Shown here: positions 55,481 through 64,000 of the stretch, piece by piece
How positions within the stretch are numbered: position 1 is the first letter of the stretch
Layout: every line of letters begins with the position of its first letter
NCBI RefSeq assembly: GCF_001194135.2
Contig: NC_068982.1
Coordinates: forward strand, 115,567,428-115,631,427
Origin: Octopus bimaculoides
Lineage: Eukaryota
Direction: 5' to 3'
DNA: 64,000 bases
Made by a program: the position numbers and the translations under genes
Notes under the pieces: generated by a model
Seen by the model: the letters and a program-made list of their open reading frames with translations, nothing else
The model's database searches: none
What the model was told of the DNA's origin: nothing

Positions 55481-55672
55481 TTGGTGGTGTCAGTAACTGT
55501 AGTTGTAGGAGTGTCATTTTAATGCCACCCATACAGTAAAGCCTAGCCTTCAGCCACATCTTACAAATCTCACTCGTCTGATTCCTCTCTTCTAAGAATA
55601 GCTTTTATAGCTAAAAGAATGTAATGCTGTCGACATTGTTGACTATGAAGTAAACAAACGTACACATTCTTG

Positions 55673-55726
<54 letters not shown>

Positions 55727-56167
55727 CACACCGGGGAGTGAGAGACATATTTTCTCATAAATGTGCGTATATATGTGTGTGCGCGCTTGTGTGTGTGTGT
55801 GTCTGTTAAACAAAACAAAGAGTTAATAACTCGGAGTGACAAGTCACATGTATATGAACAATATAGACAAATACAGGTATGTCAAATACCACACAACATA
55901 AATTCTTGATTTATTGAAATTATCTCCGTCTCCAAGAAATGTGTTACACTTGCCACATGAGAAGGGAAGATAACCTCAATTATTCATGAAAGGTGACATG
56001 CCATTAAAGGAAATGACAGACTTATTGTCTGACGATAAGAGGACAATGGTGGACACTTGTTTCTATCTGAACAGGCACCATCAGTACGACAATTGTCCCA
56101 ACTTGTCTCCTGTAGTCAAGGAACATAGAAATATACAAAAGAAGTAGAATATATTTATGATCTAGGC

Positions 56168-56397
56168 CAGGGTTTTCATACTTTATGACTTGCGGACCCC
56201 TTTATATTTCAGGCTTTACCTTAGGGACCCCCTTATAAACACTTATGAAATTTATACATAAATATTTGCTTAAAATAACATATATTTTTACATTTATTTA
56301 TTTAACAGCATTTAACAAATAGGTTCATTGTCAATTAAAAGATTTCGATTAAAAAACATATAAAATCAAATTGCGGACCACAGTTTGAAAACCCCTG
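56168..56397. mobile_element. hAT MITE (230 bp) with 8-bp target-site duplication ATCTAGGC
   Basis: TIRs cagggttttcatact / agtttgaaaacccctg; identical ATCTAGGC at 56160-56167 and 56398-56405. Confidence 0.9.
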
Positions 56398-57039
56398 ATC
56401 TAGGCAATTGGCATAAGTTAAGCAAAAATGAACTAAGAGAAATCACAAGAGAAATAAGAATGGTGAGTGGTGAATGGTATGTAAATGAACAACATAGACA
56501 AATACATGTATATCAAATACGATATAACAAATTCTTGATTTAGTAAAATTTTCACCACCGCTAAGTGTATGTGTCACAGCTACCAAAAGGCAATTGAGAA
56601 CAGCTCCATATGAGGAGAGATAACACCAAGAATAAAGAATTCTCCAAAGTACAGGCAACATTTAGGAAAAAAGACATCCTTATTGCCTGGAGGAAAGAAG
56701 ACAAACGTGGTCATGATATGTAGCCACACACATATTTTCAATTACGCACATAAACACATGCATACACACACGCATACATAACATATACACGCACATATAT
56801 GTTTTACTGTACAGCAGAATTACTCTACAGGTTTCAGCCAATACTGCATATGTAAATTAAAGCTGTCAGTCTTACGATCTCATTGTGGATAGAAAAAGAG
56901 GGATCACCTGGACCCCTTTCAGTCTTTGGCGATATTATAAATAATGAAATTCGACAAAAAGGCAATTAAGTGCTGGCTGAAATCTGTGGGTTACTCTGTT
57001 GAACATTATGGCCTCAATATTGAAAACTGCTAACACATA

Positions 57040-57372
57040 AGATGTGGCCGTGTGGTTAAAAAGCTTTCTTCCCAACCATGTGGTCCTGGGTTTAGTCCCA
57101 CTGCAGGGCACATTGGGCATCTTCTACTATAGTCGTGCCGAGCAAAGCCTTCTGAGTGGATTTGGTATGTGTGTATATGTGCTTGTGTTGTATTTGGCCC
57201 CACACCATTGCATGACAACCGGTGTTGATTTGTTTTGTGTCCTCGTACATTAGCTGTTCGACAAAACAAACCGACAGAAAAGTCATACTTGAAAAAAAGT
57301 ACTAGTGTCAATTTATTCAACTAAACTCTTCAATGCAGTGTCATAGCATGGCTACAGTCCAAAGCAAATGAA
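57040..57372 (+). mobile_element. SINE family 1, near full length
   Basis: gtggccgtgtggttaaaaagctt...gggtttagtcccactgc...gcatggctacagtccaaa. Confidence 0.75.
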
Positions 57373-60300
57373 AGATACTACATCTGTCTGTCTATTTATC
57401 TACTTATTCCATTTAAACAGAACAAGAGGAGACACGTGGGATAGGGCATCATTGATGAGGTCACAGGATGTGTGGCGAAAGAACTTCGATAAAGAAACTA
57501 AAATAATAATAAAAATAAAGTTGAAATGAAAGCCAAGTATATAGTGCGTGTGTTTAATTGACAAAATATGACCATCTCCGAATATAACAAGAAAGCTCCA
57601 CCGAGTGCAGCATAAAGTGATGGATTTTAGAGAAATGTAAAGGGTACTTCAATAGTAGCAGGAAGTGTAGATTATGTCTGGCTAACAAAAGAGCGATATT
57701 AAAGAGTTCTCAGCTCCCAGGCGTCTACGTGAATAGCAGATGTGAAAATTATAATCCTTGCTTACATGGAAGGAAGTACCCCATCCTGACAATAATTCCC
57801 AATCCCTTAACTTCGACCCTCTCTCCACTAATACAGTTTTTTTTCAGAATCATAATCTCCGTATTTTTTTACGCATTTAAAAAAAAAAGAAAAAAAAAAT
57901 TTCCGGNNNNNNNNNNNNNNNNNNNNNNNNNNNNNNNNNNNNNNNNNNNNNNNNNNNNNNNNNNNNNNNNNNNNNNNNNNNNNNNNNNNNNNNNNNNNNN
58001 NNNNNNNNNNNNNNNNNNNNNNNNNNNNNNNNNNNNNNNNNNNNNNNNNNNNNNNNNNNNNNNNNNNNNNNNNNNNNNNNNNNNNNNNNNNNNNNNNNNN
58101 NNNNNNNNNNNNNNNNNNNNNNNNNNGTTCAGATTACATATTGTCCATCTGGACCCATGGTATTTTATAACGGAGAATAAATCGTCGCTTACCAGTTCAT
58201 TTCATCTCAAGTTATACATATTCATTTCCACATACATCTTTCTCACTCACCTCATCTTCGTTACATATGTATACAGTAAAAGATGAAATTCGAACTCGGA
58301 ATATTTATTTCTAAACTGAGGATATTATTTGTTTATATAATCATCTGGCAATTTTGTCCTGATACATAGCTGACTTAATTACAAACTTTCGATCAGCATG
58401 TGTTGACAGTGGTCTTTCCAACCGTCACTTGCAACTCGAGTCTATTCATTTCTTCCACATTCTTTTGTTTACGCACATTACAGTATCTACTCGCTGTCAG
58501 CTTTAAACAGATGACACTATCTTTCACGCCTTCCTTAAGGTCTGCACACAGGACTCGCCCACACGCTTATTAAACACATCCCACTCGATACATACACACA
58601 CACACCCTCAAAATAGCCGTGACCTCAAGAATATCATGTAGGGGACATCGGCAATTCAGCATCCTTTGACAGCACCATACGGTACAACTAAATAAACATT
58701 ATAACCCCCACTTTTCACTTACATTTTACACCTACCTCCTCTCTTCTCGTCATAACAATGTTTCGTACTAAATACTTTCCGCAATCCCCCCCGTTTCAGA
58801 ACTAAACTGTTTGTAACTCCCTCAATGCTTATATTTTCTCCTTCAAGCTAAACAATAAGCACACAGACACACACACATACACACACGCACATAGCACACA
58901 TATTTTTACAACTGCAATACCAATACATCATGGGTTATGAATAAATATGTATACAGAATCACATACCACATGTTTAATAAATTATATAACTAGTTCGCTG
59001 GGAAATTAGCCCCAGTAGTTAAACCACAGGGCTTCGGCTACTTAGAGCGCAGATCGAACCGATTATTTTATTCTTTCATTATATATTCGCCGGGAACCAT
59101 TTCTGTCATCTAAGTTATCGAAGTAAGCAGATCATGACAAACAAAATTTAAATAATGATAGCAGGATCACAGCCGGACGTCAATAACTGTAGCATCAGTA
59201 GAGACTATAATTAAATCTAGTCTTTTTCAATGATTCTTTAGGGTGTCTAACGGTTATATGTAGTTGTTTATTGATGTGTCGTACTTGGGACAGATTAAAA
59301 TTCACCTCACAGAAGTCACTAAGTGTGAAATGTTTATGGTTCGAAGAAGTACTCAGAATAAATGACAGAAGAAAGATAATAGTTGAAATGGCCTTTATTT
59401 TACCGTTACGATATAAAAGACAACTGTTTTGAGTTGTTGAGTAAAGATTAGTTGAATTTCTGTTGTCCATTTCGTTAGTAGTTGTGTTCATCTGTGTGAC
59501 TGCTAGAAGACGGGTGGAAGAAAGAAAGAAAGAGTAAGAGAATTTACCTTTCCGGGTTGACGAGTAGAGAGGGTGAAAGTTGAATATTCCCTTGATGACA
59601 TTTCATGCGTAATTGCTCCTTCGGCCAGACGCCAGGCGAAAGAGGATGCTTCTCGGAGAGGTGCCGAGTAGAAGAGGGAGTATTGAATTTGGGCTCTGTA
59701 TTTGTATTATCTTCCTACTCAAATTTCGTCAGGCTAAACAAGATTTCTCGACTGTTAACTGGTCTGAACTAAGATTGATACGCGATTGTCATATAATATT
59801 TATATAACTGTATATATATATATGTGAAATACTCAGCTACTAACAACTGATGCGCTGCATGAATTTTGCGTACACTAACAGATTTCCACATGTATATCCA
59901 GTAAAAGAAGTATTCATGCTGTATGATAGCATATGGTAGCCGATAACCTTAGAGGGGCTTTGAAATTCGCGTCGTAGTATACCACACGAATACATCATAC
60001 ATACATACATACATACGTAGATTTCTAATGAAGCAATAAGCAGAAAAGAGAAGCCGCCATAAGAAAACTTACGTTAAAAATAACATGCACACGATTTTTT
60101 TTTCTCAATAGAAATAAATTACAAAGTAAACGTTTCTAGTAGAAAAGTAGAAGAGAACAGAAGCAGCGTATTACTTCATTAGAAATCTACGGATGCACAT
60201 ACGCACATAATAGAGAAAAATGAAACAATTATGGACGACTTGCTCCGAAACCCCACCGAGTGGGGAACACTTCTCAAAAATAACCTGCTGTTGTTTCCTT

Positions 60301-60610
60301 CAAAATTCCTACATGCTCGAAATGTACATACATCAAGGTATATTTGTAGAAAATTTCACGAAAAAATATTCATTTTCCTGGAAGTTAAGAGGAATTTAAG
60401 TGGACTCTTTTGGAATTTCCGAAAGTTGTCCCCTGCCCNNNNNNNNNNACATGGGAAACTGTTTTCTTCCCTTCGTATACTATAGTAATGTCAACATTCT
60501 ACAATGTCGCCAGCTTAACTTGACGATTTCGCATTTCGTTTTTAATAAACAGTTATTGCTGTTGCTGCTGTCGTTATTGATATTGTTATTGTTGTTGCTG
60601 TTGTTGTTGC

Positions 60611-60971
60611 TGTAGTAACGCCGTGCGCATGCGTAGTCTCACGCATGCGTGGAATTAAACAGCCAAGCGTTCCCGCTTAATTCTATCTCTTTTACGGTCG
60701 GCCGACCATGAGCATGGACGTGTTAAGCTGTCTCTCTACATCATTCGGACTTACACTCGACAGCTCGCTTGCAACTACATACCCACGTTCCAACAACTAT
60801 GCTCACACACAACAGAAGCTGTAACAACAAGAACTAAAGATGTATATATTTACCACCTAAATAAAGTGTTGTTTAAGTTGATAGTCTGGAGTTCAGCGTT
60901 CCGTTATATTCTTTCATTTTATATAGGAGAGTCAGGTATACATCTAATGATGTATAACCAACTTTCCTATA
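60611..60971 (+). mobile_element. LTR-like or unclassified repeat, copy 2
   Basis: Direct repeat of 47787-48160. Confidence 0.6.
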
Positions 60972-63900
60972 TTGCTGTTGCTGTTGTTACAGTTATTGTT
61001 GGTGTTAGTGACGTTGCTGTTACTGTTGTTGTTGTTGTTGTTGTGGCTCTTATTGTTACCTATAGTTTATTTTATTGACATTGTCTATGTTGCTTCTGTT
61101 TTCTTTTATTGCTGAAAGTCCTATCGTTTGATTTAGCAACAGCAGCAGCAGCAGTGGTAGTAGTAGTAGTAGTTGTTGTTGTCGCTGTTGTTTACAGTTT
61201 TGCAAGTTCAGAAGAGCTAAATCCGTCGTCTTGGAAACGTACGTGTCAGAGAATGTGGTGTATTGCGAATTAGCTCAATGAACATTCTTTAGATGCAGGC
61301 TAGATGTTCGTGCGCACAACAACTGTTCTATCCTAGATATGTGAGAAATGTTCAAATGTCGCGGATTGAAATTGTTTTTTTAAAAGTTTAGCTAGTGTTC
61401 AGAGCTAAAGTATTTTCTGGAATTTGAATGCTTAACGTACTAGAAATTGCAGACAAATTGCCCTCAAATTTTACCTTATCGTCTTGTCGAAAGAAAGGAC
61501 ACTTAGAATGAATGATATAATCCTACTCACCCCTAAAAAGACAGGATGGTTATGGCTGGGTTGCCTTTGAACATAAGTCTACTCACCCAGGGTTACTTAT
61601 GGTTTAACAAATACAAAAGTAGCTACAACAAAATCAGATCTTATATAAGTAATTGAATTTCCCTCAACTTTCAATTTATGGAACATAGGATCGAATACAA
61701 GAACATGTTAGCAAAGAGCTTGGGTACCATTAACATCTTTAAGTTTATGATACACAGCATCAAGCATAAGATTTTATTAGAAAGCAGATTGTGTGTCGTC
61801 AAAATCGCTTTCAGATTATGGGACACAAAACAAAATACAACATTCAGTAAACATTGTTTTAGTGATACTCAAAGACTGGTTGAATTGCCTTTATAAGTTT
61901 TACCTCTAAGAATTCCTTAGATTTTAAATTATCCTCTACACACGCCTCTTCATAAGGAAATACCCAGCACTCTCTAATATTTCTCTCTTTCTCTCCCCTT
62001 CTCTCTCTTGCTGTTCATGTCGGCGATTGTATCCTGAATACTTTTTTTATAGTTTCAGTTAGATATTATATTTTGTAAACAATCTTATTTTGTACTAAAG
62101 TGAACATAAGAACAACAAAAACACATTTTGCTAACTAGATAAAGTATTGTATGAACGAAAGTGTAGGAGATAGAATTATAATAGTTACTAGTGTACGTTA
62201 CAATAAACCACTGGTTTAAGACAGCACGTGCGCGCGCGTATATGCGTGTATGTATCTGTGTGCGTGTGTATGTATGCACACATACATACACACATGTACA
62301 TACATACATTCATACATACATGTATTTGTGTGTGTATATAAATGTGTGTGCGTGAATATGTTTGTGTGTGTGTGCGAGCCAGTGTGTATCTAGTGCATTA
62401 CACTATTTCATTGGTTTAACAGATACCGTATGAGTGCACTTCTGTGCGTATGGGCATATATTTGTGTGTGTATGCGTTTGTGTGGTATATGTGTGCATAT
62501 TTTACGCACATGCAATCAGATATATATGTTTGTGTATATGTGTGGCCATGGCCAAGAAACTTAACTGCCGACAAGTTGGTATATAGTTCGCCACTGTTGA
62601 CAGGTTTGTTAGCTCACAGTGTTGAAATGAATTCTGTTGTGGTCTTGAAGAAGTCAATGGTAAACTAGTGCAGTGTATTCCTTCTCCATTCAGTCTCTAT
62701 AAACATCTAACTATACAAAATGATGTTACATTAACCACAAGTAGTGCATATCTGGTATCTAAATCTAAAGTAGTCTGTTGGTAAACTGTATTACGGTGGA
62801 TCGAACTTTAGCATTTTCCCTCTCTACCATGACGGATATCTATTTATTTATTGATTTAGTGACATTATTAGCTGACTCTGTGTGTATGTATGTGTTTACA
62901 TCTTCCAAAATGGCGGTCGATACGAATCATTGTAAAAGACGTTAAGTCCTGTGGGAGAAAGTATGATATTCAGTTGTTGCTAAGATTGTTAGCAACACAG
63001 ACTAGAGATGTGAGTGGTCCATCAAACGAGACCTGTATGGGTTTTGTAAGGCTGTATAAGGGGATGGTAGATTTGTTTTTATTTTTTGCTCGGAATTTTT
63101 GTTGTTCGTTTCTCCGGTTGTAAGATATTACACCACATTTTCACGCAAATATTCAGGAATTTCCCTCTGGGAAGAGCCATTTTAATAATCCAAAAATATG
63201 GAAAAACAGTGAAATTTCTTCCCTAAGTTTTCGTCGCATTATCGACTCGGTTCCACACCTCAAAAACTAAAGGAAAAACAAATTTAAATGTTTTTATGAG
63301 TTTTAGATGGCTAATATGGCTCCTCCATGATCAAGACACTTGCTAGCCAAGGGCAACTTCGAAATATAAGACTTTTTAATTCTTTATGGCACTTAACTAT
63401 TATATTTAATATGCTGTGTTATTCAAATATTTAGTTAGGCTATCTATGGATACTCTTACCAGGTTGCTCAGAAGGAAAACATGATTTTTCTATTTTGAAT
63501 CCGTTTGTCTCCATTTAATGTTGAAGCCATGGGTATCCTTATTGTTTTCTTGCAAATGCATTCTGAAATTACAGAGCTAAATTTAGATTTATCTAATGGG
63601 AACTTCAACTCCATGTTAGTAGCTTCAAAGTAAAGAAATATACTGATCTTCTTAAAGGGTAAGCTGGTGGGAAAAATTCTTTTCATGCCAAAATATTTAT
63701 GTTATTTGCCATAAAATCTAGGAACGGGGGAATGAAAAATTATTCGGATCTATTTTAAAACGGGGCCGCCAGTATTTTCTCAACGAAACACTAACGAAAC
63801 ACGTTGAAACTTGGGACACTGGTAGAATGTGTCATATAAAACATCTCTTACTCTTAGTCTTCTTAACAAAAAAAAGGAATTCGCAAGTTATTCCATGTTA

Positions 63901-64000
63901 AAGTTGTCGTATTTCTGTAATTTCAACCAATCACTGACGTTTATTCAGCTCAATAGAGTTACTGCTGGGCGGTCATAAAAATGTTATTCCCTGTGACATA

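Noticed and set aside
48161-60610. Internal region of a single 13-kb LTR retrotransposon
   Set aside because: No PBS, PPT, gag or pol is visible, and the contents are unrelated insertions; the gaps leave only small residual uncertainty.
63460-63562. Minus-strand exon-like segment (aatttcag|...CTG|gtaaga)
   Set aside because: All three frames contain a stop and no partner exons were found; at most a non-coding exon.

Overview
This is an AT-rich animal genomic scaffold with N gaps. The spectrin protein and the RTE-LINE/SINE repertoire suggest a coleoid cephalopod, probably Octopus (inference). Bases 434-42282 (+) hold the 3' two-thirds of an alpha-spectrin gene (SPTAN1/alpha-Spec orthologue). 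I traced 40 GT-AG exons by hand; they join into a continuous 5034-nt frame (1677 aa + stop) covering spectrin repeats, the SH3 domain and C-terminal EF-hands. The 5' exons lie upstream of the window. Introns carry RTE LINE fragments, tRNA-derived SINEs and microsatellites. Beyond about 43 kb is a transposon-rich intergenic stretch (BovB-like RTE, Tx1/L1-like pieces, a Buster-type hAT remnant and MITE, two LTR-like copies). The most interesting signal is a set of in-frame alternative exon and microexon candidates hidden in the large spectrin introns and missed by the ORF track. These include an 18-nt exon (LWLLDG) matching the position and sequence of human SPTA1 exon 46 / the SPTAN1 6-aa insert, a 21-nt exon just downstream of it, and a 66-nt acidic cassette, alongside RBFOX-type (T)GCATG clusters. 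Also notable are a spliced-looking antisense remnant overlapping the spectrin 3' UTR, inverted RTE tails flanking two exons, and a SINE with a hammerhead-core-like tail. Human and Drosophila comparisons are from memory and need alignment to confirm.
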